Notes under the pieces: model-generated
Seen by the model: the letters and a program-made list of their open reading frames with translations, nothing else
Databases searched by the model: none
What the model was told of the DNA's origin: nothing
Made by a program: the position numbers and the translations under genes
Shown: positions 28,285 through 37,473 of the stretch, piece by piece
How the letters are laid out: the number at the start of each line of letters is the position of its first letter
How positions within the stretch are numbered: the first letter of the stretch is position 1
Virus record (IMG/VR): IMGVR_UViG_3300030104_004308
Span: 1 to 45,802 of that record
Strand: one strand, 5' to 3'
DNA length: 45,802 nt
Source of the DNA: a virus
Taxonomy: Duplodnaviria; Caudoviricetes

Positions 28285-28611
28285 TTACGTACTAATATCA
28301 TCTACTATACTAACATATACATCAATTGATGAAGCGGTATCACTTTGAACATATAATCTGTCTCCACTTTGCATAACAAATTTTGCTCCACCATCTAAAA
28401 CTTGTAGAGATGATCCTGTTGGAATTGGAGCTGTTGTTATAATAGAGATATCACTTGATCCATCATTAATATAAGCCGTAGCATTAATAGCTGTCCCTAG
28501 TACATTTGATAGAGATATACCAACAACACAATCAAAACCATTAGATTGAAATATTTCAACCGCTGAAGTTCCAACTGCATTTGCTGTATGTCTTCTAAAA
28601 TTTTGTGCCAT
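28285..28611 (-). CDS. Small beta-rich structural protein
   Basis: 108 aa; APIPTGSSLQV...K.VMQSGD.L.V; located in the tail block. Confidence 0.6.
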   Translation of the reverse strand: MAQNFRRHTANAVGTSAVEIFQSNGFDCVVGISLSNVLGTAINATAYINDGSSDISIITTAPIPTGSSLQVLDGGAKFVMQSGDRLYVQSDTASSIDVYVSIVDDIST

Positions 28612-28624
28612 TATTTTCCTTTAC

Positions 28625-29116
28625 TTATAATGCAATTGCCATTGCAACTGCAAATCCTTCCGATGCTTTATCGTTTGTAACCCATTCTGGTGCCGTAGCG
28701 CCAGAGTTTACAGCCAATATTTGACTAGCCGACCCTAATCCGAGTCTTGCGGGTGTATTAGCAGCAGATGCATATAATACATCTCCTGTTGTTGTTAATG
28801 TCATGTCTGGAGTCTTAATTGCAGGTAAAGTACAAAATACATCTTTTGTACCTGCAGAGAAAGTAACTGCTCCACCACCTGCCGATGAAGTGATTGGAGT
28901 TGTTCTTGCTAAATTTGCTGACGTAGCATCTAACGTACCAAGACCTACTTCCCATTCATTAGTACCTTGATTATGAATAGTATAATAAGTTGTATTGTTA
29001 TTACCAACGCCGGTTGCAAAAGTAACAAACCCAGTTGCCGCTCCGGCAAGAGCCATATCTCCTGTGCCAGTAGTCGTGCTAGTTTCTTTTACTCTATCAT
29101 TTAAAACTAAAGCCAT
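28625..29116 (-). CDS. Tail fibre anchor-like protein
   Basis: MALVLNDRVKETSTTTGTG, WEVGLGT, FSAGTKDVFCT; ends FAVAMAIAL. Confidence 0.6.
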   Translation of the reverse strand: MALVLNDRVKETSTTTGTGDMALAGAATGFVTFATGVGNNNTTYYTIHNQGTNEWEVGLGTLDATSANLARTTPITSSAGGGAVTFSAGTKDVFCTLPAIKTPDMTLTTTGDVLYASAANTPARLGLGSASQILAVNSGATAPEWVTNDKASEGFAVAMAIAL

Positions 29117-29127
29117 TATTTAAAATC

Positions 29128-29580
29128 CTATGATGATGTTAAACTTAAAATCGCATTAGATGGTGTAGCAGTACTAGGAAACGCAATAGTGAAATCACCA
29201 TTCGTTGCTGTTTTTGTTCCACCAAAATCTAGAACTACAACTAATTTATTAGAATTAGTAGAATTGTAGATCGCTGCAAACGCCGCTCCAAAAGTTGCAG
29301 CTCCAGTTGTTGCTGCTCCCCATGTTAAATTATCAAAATCAACTGCAGTAGTTGCTGTTGAAGAATCTACTGATTGGTTTTGTAATTGTTTTCCACCAGC
29401 AGAATAGTTAGAACCACCACCTGAAGATACTTCATTAGTAGTTACATAAACTGTACTTGATGCTGCTGCGTATGGATTTGACGTATACAATGCTAGAAAA
29501 AAAGTATTACCCCCTGCACTGAAATTGTGAGTTCCAGACATGAGTTCTCCTTTAAAAGCATAAGGTACTATATTTGCCAT
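29128..29580 (-). CDS. Structural (tail) protein
   Basis: FKGELMSGTHNF, LALYT, Y.AGG..L, VLDFGG.KT.TNG.FTI.FP. Confidence 0.6.
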   Translation of the reverse strand: MANIVPYAFKGELMSGTHNFSAGGNTFFLALYTSNPYAAASSTVYVTTNEVSSGGGSNYSAGGKQLQNQSVDSSTATTAVDFDNLTWGAATTGAATFGAAFAAIYNSTNSNKLVVVLDFGGTKTATNGDFTIAFPSTATPSNAILSLTSS

Positions 29581-29597
29581 TTATTTTCTCCTTTGTG

Positions 29598-30302
29598 TTA
29601 ACTTGTCCCTCTTCTGTTACCATAAGCCGACGGAGATTCTGATACCAATTGAGTACGAATTTCTCCATCACTGTCTTCGTCTCTACGTCTACGGCCTTGT
29701 TGCTCAACCGCATACGTCATTAAAGCTTTTTCATATGCCTGATTGTAGTATTGTAGCATATCCTGTGGTCCTTTCAAGTATGCATATGCATTTACTAGAC
29801 ATTTGTAAAGCAATAGATCTTGATATTTATTAGACACATAAGTTCCGCTGCTAGCCATTGAAGAATCTGTTAAACTTGTAGGTTCTTTGTTATAAGCTAG
29901 AGTTACTGCATAATTTGCGTTAGGTGTAGGAGCGATAACCCATGTTGAAGCATCCCAGTTTCCATAATATTTAGGAAGAGCTGTAGAAGAAACACTAGGA
30001 GTAGAATAGTATTCAGCCATAAAACTTGTATCTCTTGGTTCTAAATAAACTTGATCTCCAGCTGAATCAGTTACTTGTACGTATCTAATAAATCTTAAAT
30101 CTGATGGGATACTTACATATCTATTCCCAGCAGTTAAGTTAGATGTTGCGTAAAATCTTTCTTCATCAGAATCTGCTGATCGATAAATATCGTTTTCAGC
30201 ATTTTTAATCATAGTATTACAAATAGCGTCTGTTAAAACAGTAATACTTACTTCTGTATATGATCTCATGTCTGATCTTAAATTATCTAAAGTATATGCC
30301 AT
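29598..30302 (-). CDS. Head-tail adaptor/connector-like protein
   Basis: 234 aa; PKYY, APTP..NY.V.L.Y, DLLLY..L..AY.YLKG. Confidence 0.6.
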   Translation of the reverse strand: MAYTLDNLRSDMRSYTEVSITVLTDAICNTMIKNAENDIYRSADSDEERFYATSNLTAGNRYVSIPSDLRFIRYVQVTDSAGDQVYLEPRDTSFMAEYYSTPSVSSTALPKYYGNWDASTWVIAPTPNANYAVTLAYNKEPTSLTDSSMASSGTYVSNKYQDLLLYKCLVNAYAYLKGPQDMLQYYNQAYEKALMTYAVEQQGRRRRDEDSDGEIRTQLVSESPSAYGNRRGTS

Positions 30303-30303
30303 A

Positions 30304-30939
30304 TTATAATGCCTGTAATGTTACTGGACCAGCTGAACACGCTGCTCCACCCCCTTTAATATTTCCTGTTGTAGCAGTATTGCTGCTTGTAAAAAAGAAA
30401 AAGTTTTCAGGAGTTGTTAAAATTTCTGTTGGTGTAGAGGTAGGAGCAGTTGTAACTGATCCATCTGCATTTTTTTTGCCAATTGTAATAGTATGTCCTG
30501 CTGCTGCATCTATATCACTAACACCATCAAAAGTAGGAATAGCTTGAAAGTATTGTAAATTTCTTGCATCTGCTCCACCAGAACCTGAACTAGGATTCTG
30601 TGCTACAGGACCACGTAATCTTACTGTATCTCCACTGCTTCTTTGATGTGCATAGGAATAAACATTTATAAAAGTTGTTCCTCCAGAAATAACCGTTGTA
30701 AATGGATTTGGTGTTAATAAAATTAAACCTGCAGTAGCTGCTTGTTGTACTCTAGGATTTAATAAAGCTTGTGCATCACCTCCTACCCAAGGTGGATCTA
30801 ATTGAGGTTGTTTAGCTTCATATTCTGAATAATGAACTAAAGCACCATTCCACTCTCTTACCATTTCTAAATATGGAAATCTCATTCCAGATCTATCTGA
30901 AATTGCTAAAGCGTGTTTACCTGTTGCGTACTGTCCCAT
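30304..30939 (-). CDS. Conserved phage structural-region protein
   Basis: YATGKHALAISDRSGMRFPY.EMVREWNG; coupled (TAATG) to the adaptor gene. Confidence 0.6.
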   Translation of the reverse strand: MGQYATGKHALAISDRSGMRFPYLEMVREWNGALVHYSEYEAKQPQLDPPWVGGDAQALLNPRVQQAATAGLILLTPNPFTTVISGGTTFINVYSYAHQRSSGDTVRLRGPVAQNPSSGSGGADARNLQYFQAIPTFDGVSDIDAAAGHTITIGKKNADGSVTTAPTSTPTEILTTPENFFFFTSSNTATTGNIKGGGAACSAGPVTLQAL

Positions 30940-31667
30940 TATACTCCATCTCCATAAAATGTTTGTGGTGTAATGTAAGAAGATGTACCTTGACTGTCTT
31001 CATTCAAAGCTCTAGCTAATTCATCTTCATATAATAGTCTTAATCCTTCTGTTCTATCAGGAGAATATTTAATACTTAAATAATAAGCTAAACCAGAAAT
31101 CATACATGGATAAAATCTATAAACTACATCAGCAGTGTTTGTGTAAGCTCCTGCATCTTGAATTCTTGCAAGATAGAAAAAACACAATTGAAAATTAGTT
31201 GGTGTACTTGTGCTTGAAAAACTTGAACTTGGTGTGCCGTAAATAGTAACTGTTGGTGCAATTAATCTATCTACATAATATTGAGAAGGTGTTCCTTTTG
31301 CTTGCTTGTTTGGAATAGCTGCGTATTGTGATCTATCAATTTTAGTTAAAGATACATCTGCTGATGTTCCACTAGAATTATTTCTAATCCAAGCTTCTAA
31401 TACATCACTTATATCTGTTGGATAACCTGTACTACCCGCAGCAGTACTATAAGTTGCTTGTCCTTCTACAAGATTAACAGAAGCTTGTTTAATCTCCCAG
31501 AGTTGAACTCCTCTGTTAGCCCATTCAGAAAATAATATATTTAATGAACGTCTTGCACTTTTTAATTGATAACCCGTACGAGTTCCACGTATATTAGTTC
31601 TTTCATACGCTTCTTCGATAATCTCATCAATCGAAGGATTGAATGTTATTGTACCGGAAGTAGCCAT
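30939..31667 (-). CDS. Tail tubular protein A / head-tail adaptor-like protein
   Basis: MATSGT, IIEEAYER, ARRSLN...EWANRG, G.PSQYY.DR, GLAYYL. Confidence 0.65.
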   Translation of the reverse strand: MATSGTITFNPSIDEIIEEAYERTNIRGTRTGYQLKSARRSLNILFSEWANRGVQLWEIKQASVNLVEGQATYSTAAGSTGYPTDISDVLEAWIRNNSSGTSADVSLTKIDRSQYAAIPNKQAKGTPSQYYVDRLIAPTVTIYGTPSSSFSSTSTPTNFQLCFFYLARIQDAGAYTNTADVVYRFYPCMISGLAYYLSIKYSPDRTEGLRLLYEDELARALNEDSQGTSSYITPQTFYGDGV

Positions 31668-31676
31668 TGACCTCCT

Positions 31677-31997
31677 TTATTGCCAAATTACTGCGACAGA
31701 AGTTGTTCCAGCGACTAATTCAATATAAAGACCATTTGAAGCTTTAATACCTACAGCTGCAATATACTCTTGATACATTTCTCCATCTAAACATTTTTGT
31801 TCGTAGATTAAAGTATCAGCATTGCTTGACCCATCATATATTTTTACATGACAAGTATTTGCTGAAGGATTAATTGTAACTCCTTTTAAATAACAAATAG
31901 GTCCTGCTGCTACAGCACTCCCTGCTTTGTTTCTTACAGTTGAACTTGCTTCTGTGTAGAATTGGTTTACTGGCGTTGCGCCACCTGCATATCCCAT
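31677..31997 (-). CDS. Hypothetical structural protein
   Basis: 106 aa with SD AAAGGA; beta-rich. Confidence 0.55.
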   Translation of the reverse strand: MGYAGGATPVNQFYTEASSTVRNKAGSAVAAGPICYLKGVTINPSANTCHVKIYDGSSNADTLIYEQKCLDGEMYQEYIAAVGIKASNGLYIELVAGTTSVAVIWQ

Positions 31998-32020
31998 AGT
32001 TTTTTCCTTTTAATTTAAAC

Positions 32021-32042
32021 CTATGCTCCCGAAGGAGCATAG
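32021..32042 (-). terminator. Perfect 9-bp hairpin with C(UUCG)G tetraloop
   Basis: Minus strand CTATGCTCC TTCG GGAGCATAG, then GTTTAAATT (poor U-tract); 10 nt after the stop of 32053-32556. Confidence 0.6.
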
Positions 32043-32052
32043 ATAATTATTA

Positions 32053-32556
32053 TTATGTTAACTTCGGTGTACTTTCACCTGCTTGATTACCTTCGTCTTG
32101 CATGTGGTAAAAAATTGTTCCAGATAAAGTTCCCGCTTGTCCTGCTGCGTCTACACCAGCTACGATTTTAACATCGTATGTCATTTCAGTAAGACCTAAA
32201 TCATTACCTGCTGTTGCTGAACTTGGTAAAATCATGTCTTGTGCATCATCAGCTGCTCCGTTATCTACGAAACCATCTGTGTCTACAAAAGTTGTACCAT
32301 CGATTACATCTTTAAAACCGATGTCTATTTTTCCACCACCAGCTGCTTGACCATTGAAAATTATATAATCAACGATTGAACCTTTTGGAAGTTGAACTGC
32401 TGCAGTATCAGTTGATGATACTTGAGCATCAGTTCCTGCTGCTGCGCTTGTTGAAGGTACATAGAATTGAGCTACCATAGACATACTGCCTGCATAGTTT
32501 GCTCTATTGCCATTTCCATTGGATCTGACTGTACCCGTAAATGTTGTTGTTGCCAT
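32053..32556 (-). CDS. Probable capsid decoration/minor structural protein
   Basis: MATTTFTGTVRS start, LPKGS.V, strong SD GGAGG; own promoter and downstream hairpin. Confidence 0.55.
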   Translation of the reverse strand: MATTTFTGTVRSNGNGNRANYAGSMSMVAQFYVPSTSAAAGTDAQVSSTDTAAVQLPKGSIVDYIIFNGQAAGGGKIDIGFKDVIDGTTFVDTDGFVDNGAADDAQDMILPSSATAGNDLGLTEMTYDVKIVAGVDAAGQAGTLSGTIFYHMQDEGNQAGESTPKLT

Positions 32557-32564
32557 TTTATATT

Positions 32565-32647
32565 CCTCCTAGAATATGTAAATATAATTACCTAGGGTAT
32601 ATCGACTATACGCGTTTATATTTACTTGTTTGTTGTTATTGTATAGT
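32565..32647 (-). ncRNA. Candidate structured 5' leader RNA (cis-regulatory)
   Basis: 10-bp stem 32578-32587/32616-32625; ACTATAC/GTATAGT 32641-32647 with 32605-32611; CCTAG/CTAGG 32592-32596 with 32568-32572 overlapping the SD. Confidence 0.55.
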
Positions 32648-32653
32648 GGTTAA

Positions 32654-32682
32654 AATATATAGTAATTTTAAGTAGAGTGCAA
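32654..32682 (-). promoter_or_regulatory. Sigma70-type promoter
   Basis: Minus strand TTGCAC (32682-32677), 17 nt, TATATT (32659-32654). Confidence 0.65.
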
Positions 32683-32727
32683 GAGATTGCGTAGTGAATG
32701 TACGTATTTCGACGATGTAGCGTTTTA

Positions 32728-32943
32728 TTAAGTAGCTACTGATACTTGGGCTGCAGAACCCTCGATTTTATTTGACTGATGAGCGTTTTCTGCTTCGGCC
32801 ATTTTTATATCGCTTATGACCTCTCTTATTTTATGGTCTATCTTAACCATATCGAGAGTATATCTACCCTCTTTAAGATGCTCCTGCTCCCAGTTCAACT
32901 CCAAGGACCTTTTTGCTTTGTATAGGTCGTTCAAGTTTTGCAT
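32728..32943 (-). CDS. Hypothetical protein
   Basis: Start at MQNLNDL (ATG 32943) with GAGGAGG SD upstream; overlaps the 3' end of 32873-33130. Confidence 0.6.
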   Translation of the reverse strand: MQNLNDLYKAKRSLELNWEQEHLKEGRYTLDMVKIDHKIREVISDIKMAEAENAHQSNKIEGSAAQVSVAT

Positions 32944-33130
32944 CGTTAACCTCCTCATAGGTTATCCATTTTTTTGACAGACTTGTAAATCCGTCTTTTT
33001 CCCACTTTACACCTTTTTCTCCTAGTTTGTCAACTATTGCGTTTTCAATAGATTCAGCAGTATCTTCACACACGACTTGAAAAGTCGCATGATGTCCATA
33101 TGCTCTGATATTAACTAGAAATTTTTTCAT
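32873..33130 (-). CDS. Hypothetical protein
   Basis: 85 aa with SD AGAGGAG; follows the capsid terminator. Confidence 0.6.
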   Translation of the reverse strand: MKKFLVNIRAYGHHATFQVVCEDTAESIENAIVDKLGEKGVKWEKDGFTSLSKKWITYEEVNDAKLERPIQSKKVLGVELGAGAS

Positions 33131-33151
33131 GATTATCTCCTCTTATACCAC

Positions 33152-33180
33152 AAAAAAAAGGGGCCCGAAAGCCCCTTTTT
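33152..33180 (-). terminator. Rho-independent terminator after the major capsid gene (potentially bidirectional)
   Basis: Minus strand AAAAAGGGGC TTTCGG GCCCC followed by T8. Confidence 0.9.
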
Positions 33181-33199
33181 AATTTAATTATTGTAACGA

Positions 33200-34123
33200 T
33201 TACACGCCTGGTGAACCGAAAATACCTCTAGGGTCAGAGAATCCGAATACGTATCTCTCTCTAGCTTTGTATCTTACGTTGCCAGTGTCAAAGTCACCTT
33301 CCATAGTTGTTTTGATAGGTGCTCTAACGAAGTGTTTCAGACCGTTAGGTACATCTGTTTTGATGAAGAACGCATCAGTGTCAGTTAAGTAATGATTGAT
33401 TACGTAACCTTGTGGGATCATTCCCATTGAGTTGATTGCGTTTACATCGTTGTCAGCTGTTCCAGGTCTGCCTTGAGATTTCATCAATCTCTCCGCTGTA
33501 AATTGCAGTTGAGGTGGAATTATTAATTTCATTCCTCTTGCTGCTATTTTTAGACCTCTTTCGTCTGTCATCGCTGCGATGTCAACAATAGATTGCTCTA
33601 AAGAAGCTTCAGATAAGTCAGCTGCTACTGCAAGCTGGTTTCTGAATGTTCCTGCTAAAGTTGGGTGAGTTGTGTTACCTGCACCATCGTTTCCGAATAA
33701 TGCTACACCATCACCACCTGCGTAAGCTGAATTGAAACCATTGTTCAATACTGCTGCGCCTTTAACTTGTTTAGTGTTCGCCATAGATCTTGCTAATGCT
33801 TTTGTATATCTAGACGCTAGTCTGTCATACAAGTTGTCCTCGATCGCTTCTTCAGTGATCGCGAAAGCAAGTGCGATTGTTTCGTTTGTGTAACGAGCTG
33901 TGAAAGTTTCTTGTGCATCGTCAAAAGTAACACCCTGTCCTTCAGGTTTTACTGCTGCGTTTGCGAAACCAGATAACATTACTTCCTCTTCGAAAGCTCT
34001 GTCAGATGATTCTGTGTCAAAAATTTCAGCTGCTTCGTTAGCATATTGTTTGTACTCAAGTCCAAATAGTGCATTTAGACCTGGCTCTAGTTCTTTAACT
34101 AGTTGTGCTCTTGATATTGCCAT
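33200..34123 (-). CDS. Major capsid protein (family often labelled Mu gpT-like)
   Basis: MAISRAQLVKELEPGLNALFGLEY, EEAIEDNLY, GDFDTGNVRYKARERY.FG.SDPRG; codon usage typical of highly expressed genes; strong terminator. Confidence 0.9.
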   Translation of the reverse strand: MAISRAQLVKELEPGLNALFGLEYKQYANEAAEIFDTESSDRAFEEEVMLSGFANAAVKPEGQGVTFDDAQETFTARYTNETIALAFAITEEAIEDNLYDRLASRYTKALARSMANTKQVKGAAVLNNGFNSAYAGGDGVALFGNDGAGNTTHPTLAGTFRNQLAVAADLSEASLEQSIVDIAAMTDERGLKIAARGMKLIIPPQLQFTAERLMKSQGRPGTADNDVNAINSMGMIPQGYVINHYLTDTDAFFIKTDVPNGLKHFVRAPIKTTMEGDFDTGNVRYKARERYVFGFSDPRGIFGSPGV

Positions 34124-34145
34124 TGTTTATATACTCCTATTTAGA

Positions 34146-34814
34146 TTAGTTGTTTCCGTTATACAAGTTCGACGCTGCAGATATTGTAACTATCTGGTTC
34201 GATCCTGCTACAGAGTTGTCTTTGTTTTCAGGCGCATTTGCTGATCTTACTAACTTCACCATTTTAGTTGAAGCTGCTCCACCAGAAATATGTAATTTAA
34301 CTAAAGATTGACCGTCTGTAACCTGACTTGATGATCCGTCTTGGTTAGTACAGTTGTATCCTGCGTCGCCATACATTGCCTGCGTAACTGCTGCATCTGC
34401 TTTGATCACGTATTCCTGTGAAGGATTATCGATTACAAAACCCATGCCATCGCTACTGCCTGTGTTGTAGTCCGTTGCAAAAGTTGTTCCGCCTACAAAT
34501 GAGTTTGCCCAAGTAGGTTTAGATGTAGTTGTTGCTACATAAAAAGCTCCATTGAACACACCTATTAAAGGTGCATGACCAGAATTGTCAAAAGATTGAC
34601 CACCTGCTCCTGTATCACTTGTTGCGTTAAACGCTGCATCTTGCAAATAACCTTGGTCTCCACTTGCGTCTTGAAGAGAAACTGGGTCATTTTTAAAAAT
34701 GCCTTTTGCCGTACCACTTTTGATTTTGTATTCCGATTGACCTTGAGTAGCAGGAGTATTACCTACTGTCATGGTACTTCTGAAACCAAAACCTGTGCTG
34801 CTTGCGTTTGCCAT
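34146..34814 (-). CDS. Capsid-associated structural protein
   Basis: 222 aa directly upstream of the capsid gene; GFR...G, IF.NDPV, GVFNG..Y, KPTW. Confidence 0.6.
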   Translation of the reverse strand: MANASSTGFGFRSTMTVGNTPATQGQSEYKIKSGTAKGIFKNDPVSLQDASGDQGYLQDAAFNATSDTGAGGQSFDNSGHAPLIGVFNGAFYVATTTSKPTWANSFVGGTTFATDYNTGSSDGMGFVIDNPSQEYVIKADAAVTQAMYGDAGYNCTNQDGSSSQVTDGQSLVKLHISGGAASTKMVKLVRSANAPENKDNSVAGSNQIVTISAASNLYNGNN

Positions 34815-34874
34815 TGTTTGTTTCCTTTTTTGTTAAGTTAATGTACTCGATGGATAGGAATTACTATAAAATAG

Positions 34875-35333
34875 TTATTTCTTTGTACCACCAAAAGTTA
34901 CACGAGTTTGCCTTTCACTATTGATCGGCATACTTGGGTGTTGTTCCTTCAATACATCGTTTTTAACAGCGTCATCTCTATCTTGAGTTTGCTTCGCGAA
35001 GTAAGCTTCACGTTGACGCGCGAGTTCTTCAGGTATCCTAGCCAACACTAGGCCTCCTACTCCAATGACTCCTGCGTATTTGCCTGTTTCTGCATGAGGA
35101 TAATTCTGATCTGGATATTCATCTGCTCTCACAAATTCAAATCCTTCTCTTAATCTAACTCCGACATTTTTAGTATCGTCTTGACCAAGTAGTTCAGCCC
35201 TTATCCATCTGTGCCTATAACCTGCTGGCGCGGGTGGTGCATCAAGTGTTGAGGGTGGAGTCCAAGTAGTTTTCTTTTGTTCTTTAACTCTCGTCTGACT
35301 CGCACGTGAAGTTTTTTGTTTATCATTTTCCAT
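34875..35333 (-). CDS. Conserved head-module protein
   Basis: WTPPSTLDAPPAPAGYRHRWIR, REG.E.VRADEY, GVGGLVLARIP. Confidence 0.65.
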   Translation of the reverse strand: MENDKQKTSRASQTRVKEQKKTTWTPPSTLDAPPAPAGYRHRWIRAELLGQDDTKNVGVRLREGFEFVRADEYPDQNYPHAETGKYAGVIGVGGLVLARIPEELARQREAYFAKQTQDRDDAVKNDVLKEQHPSMPINSERQTRVTFGGTKK

Positions 35334-35337
35334 ATGC

Positions 35338-36312
35338 TTATACTCCTTCCGTGATATTTAGTTGTTTTGCATAATCTTCTAGTGGCACACCTAATTTTTT
35401 AGCAATTGCTACCTGTGAAGGTGTGAGTCTTACAGTTTTTCTGCGACCTTGAGGGGCTTGTCGTTTAGCCGAAGCTACATTTTGAGCAGGTTTTGCTCTT
35501 TCTGTAGTTGTATCCTCTACCTTATCAAATTTATGCGGAAAATCAAGTCTTATTCTTTTATCAACTTCCGTATAATATTCTTCAGATTTAGGATCATATC
35601 CCTCTTCTTCTACGAGCTTCTTATGTATATCAAAAGCCGTATAAGTCATAGCAGAATCATTACCAAACCAACTATTTTTAGATGCCCATTCTTCAGCTCT
35701 AGGGTCAGTAGGTACGTTTCCATATGAAGATTGTGTGTGTTGTTGAGGAGTTATATTAACCTTTTTAGGTTTTTCCTCTTCAACTGATTTAAGTGAAGCT
35801 AGTCTTACTGCATCAGCATTTAATCTTGCGATATTTTCTTGTGCAGAAACTTGACCATCAACATCTCCTGCTTCAATCGCTGTTTTTAAAGCTTGTCTTG
35901 CAGCAGTCATATTTGTAGTGACTCTGTTTTCAAACTCTGAAACATAAGATTTATCAAGTTTAGAAAATCTATTTTCTAAAAGTTCTTTATCTCTTTTGAT
36001 TGATTGAGCATATGTTAATGCTTCTTCTCTCTGTCTTTCAGCTTCTCTCATTTTACGAGTAAGTTTAGAAATTCTTTTTTGAACTCCTTCACTATATTCT
36101 TTTAACTCGTCTTTTTTCTCTTCAACCTTTTCTTCTTTTTTAGTTTCAACAGGTTTTACTTCTTCTTCTTTAACCTGTTCTACTTCTAATTTTTCTTCTT
36201 TAGGTGCTTCGACTTTTTCCGGTTCACCTTTATCATCTAAATTAATTTCTGCTGATTCTGCTTCACCAACATCAATTAATTCTTCTGACGCTTTTTTCTT
36301 TTCTTCTGGCAT
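35338..36312 (-). CDS. Putative capsid scaffolding protein
   Basis: Acidic N-terminus, coiled coil (YSEGVQKRISKLT), C-terminal VRLTPSQVAIAKKLGVPLEDYAK; upstream of capsid genes. Confidence 0.7.
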   Translation of the reverse strand: MPEEKKKASEELIDVGEAESAEINLDDKGEPEKVEAPKEEKLEVEQVKEEEVKPVETKKEEKVEEKKDELKEYSEGVQKRISKLTRKMREAERQREEALTYAQSIKRDKELLENRFSKLDKSYVSEFENRVTTNMTAARQALKTAIEAGDVDGQVSAQENIARLNADAVRLASLKSVEEEKPKKVNITPQQHTQSSYGNVPTDPRAEEWASKNSWFGNDSAMTYTAFDIHKKLVEEEGYDPKSEEYYTEVDKRIRLDFPHKFDKVEDTTTERAKPAQNVASAKRQAPQGRRKTVRLTPSQVAIAKKLGVPLEDYAKQLNITEGV

Positions 36313-36331
36313 AGTTCCTTCCTATGTTTGT

Positions 36332-36820
36332 TTATATGAAATGAAGAACTGATTCAGGATTTTTAATGGTCCCTATCACTTCATCATCGTTTAGTATCCG
36401 CACTTCTCCACCTTCAATTGGTAATCTTGAACCCGCATAACGAGCAAAGATAACCCAATCTCCTTTTTTACACCAAGGTCCTGATGTATTAAATTTTTCT
36501 TCTGTATAACATAATGGTCCCATCTTTAAAACGTAACCACATGTTGTTGCAATTCTTGCTTTATCTAAAGTTTCTTGAGAATAGATTAAACCACCTTTAC
36601 TTTTGCTAGGTGGTGTAAATGGTAAAACTAATATTCTCCATCCTGAAGGTTCAGGTAATTCTTTAATTAATTCGTCCCCAATATTGTCGGGATTAAGAGG
36701 TTCTTTTTCTTCTGGTGCGTTTTTGTTAATTTCTTTGTATTTTTCTTCTAACGCGTTAATGTGTTTCGGAACTTCCGCCTTTGGTGTTTCCAATGTCGAT
36801 AACGTTTCCTTTTTCATCAT
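36332..36820 (-). CDS. groES: Co-chaperonin GroES (Cpn10)-like protein
   Basis: PSGWRILV, KSKGGLI, G.V..MGP, KKGDWVIFARYAG, RILNDDEV. Confidence 0.85.
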   Translation of the reverse strand: MMKKETLSTLETPKAEVPKHINALEEKYKEINKNAPEEKEPLNPDNIGDELIKELPEPSGWRILVLPFTPPSKSKGGLIYSQETLDKARIATTCGYVLKMGPLCYTEEKFNTSGPWCKKGDWVIFARYAGSRLPIEGGEVRILNDDEVIGTIKNPESVLHFI

Positions 36821-37007
36821 TTTGCTCCTTATTATTTAGCAGGTTAGAGATTTCCTGTAAAACTATTTGGTAGGCTTGTGCCTGTCCGAATAAATACTTG
36901 TATTTCTCCATATTGTCAATAGATCCACCCATCATACTGTCTTGAATAGATTTAAGCGTTGCATTTATTCTTCTTTTTAATTTGTCAATAATAATTAAGT
37001 CTTCCAT
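36756..37007 (-). CDS. Hypothetical protein
   Basis: 83 aa; G..DNMEKYKYL.G; TAATG coupled. Confidence 0.6.
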   Translation of the reverse strand: MEDLIIIDKLKRRINATLKSIQDSMMGGSIDNMEKYKYLFGQAQAYQIVLQEISNLLNNKEQNDEKGNVIDIGNTKGGSSETH

Positions 37008-37201
37008 TACTTAACCCATCTATCAATCAAACTAATTTTTTCTTCTGCTTCTTTAACCTTATCTAATAGTTTATCTATCTCATCTAAATGTTGAGGATGC
37101 TCTCCTATTCCAACAGGGTGTTTAAGATAAATATTAATTGTTGCTATTCCTTCGGCTACTTGTGCTTCGTATCTTTTTTTAAGTGCTTCTAACATTTCCA
37201 T
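37007..37201 (-). CDS. Hypothetical protein
   Basis: 64 aa; PVGIGEHPQ motif common in marine phages. Confidence 0.65.
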   Translation of the reverse strand: MEMLEALKKRYEAQVAEGIATINIYLKHPVGIGEHPQHLDEIDKLLDKVKEAEEKISLIDRWVK

Positions 37202-37470
37202 CTTTTTCTAGCCTGACGTAGTCTAGAATTAGGATCTTTAGCAGCTTTAGGGAATTGTCTCATTTGACCTGCACTTCTTGCGCAGTACGACTTACGTCGG
37301 TTTGCAGCTTTTGACCCTTTTTTTACTTTACCAGTCACGGCTGTTTTTAATTTAGAACCGGGATTTTTTCTTCTGTAGGCAGCGACACCGGCTCGAGTCA
37401 TACCTGCTCCAGACTTTGTAGGTCTAAAGTTTCTTTTGTTTCTAGCAGGCATATTATCCTGTTTTCTCAT
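37189..37470 (-). CDS. Small basic protein
   Basis: 93 aa, K/R-rich; NPGSKLK, RRKSYCARS, SRLRQARKRWKC. Confidence 0.7.
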   Translation of the reverse strand: MRKQDNMPARNKRNFRPTKSGAGMTRAGVAAYRRKNPGSKLKTAVTGKVKKGSKAANRRKSYCARSAGQMRQFPKAAKDPNSRLRQARKRWKC

Positions 37471-37473
37471 AAT

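Noticed and set aside
15110-31997. GG dipeptides in tail, fibre and adaptor proteins as members of the xxGG tag
   Set aside because: These proteins are Gly/Ser/Thr-rich, and their GG pairs mostly lack the hydrophobic -3 residue, charged context and module-boundary position; treated as background.
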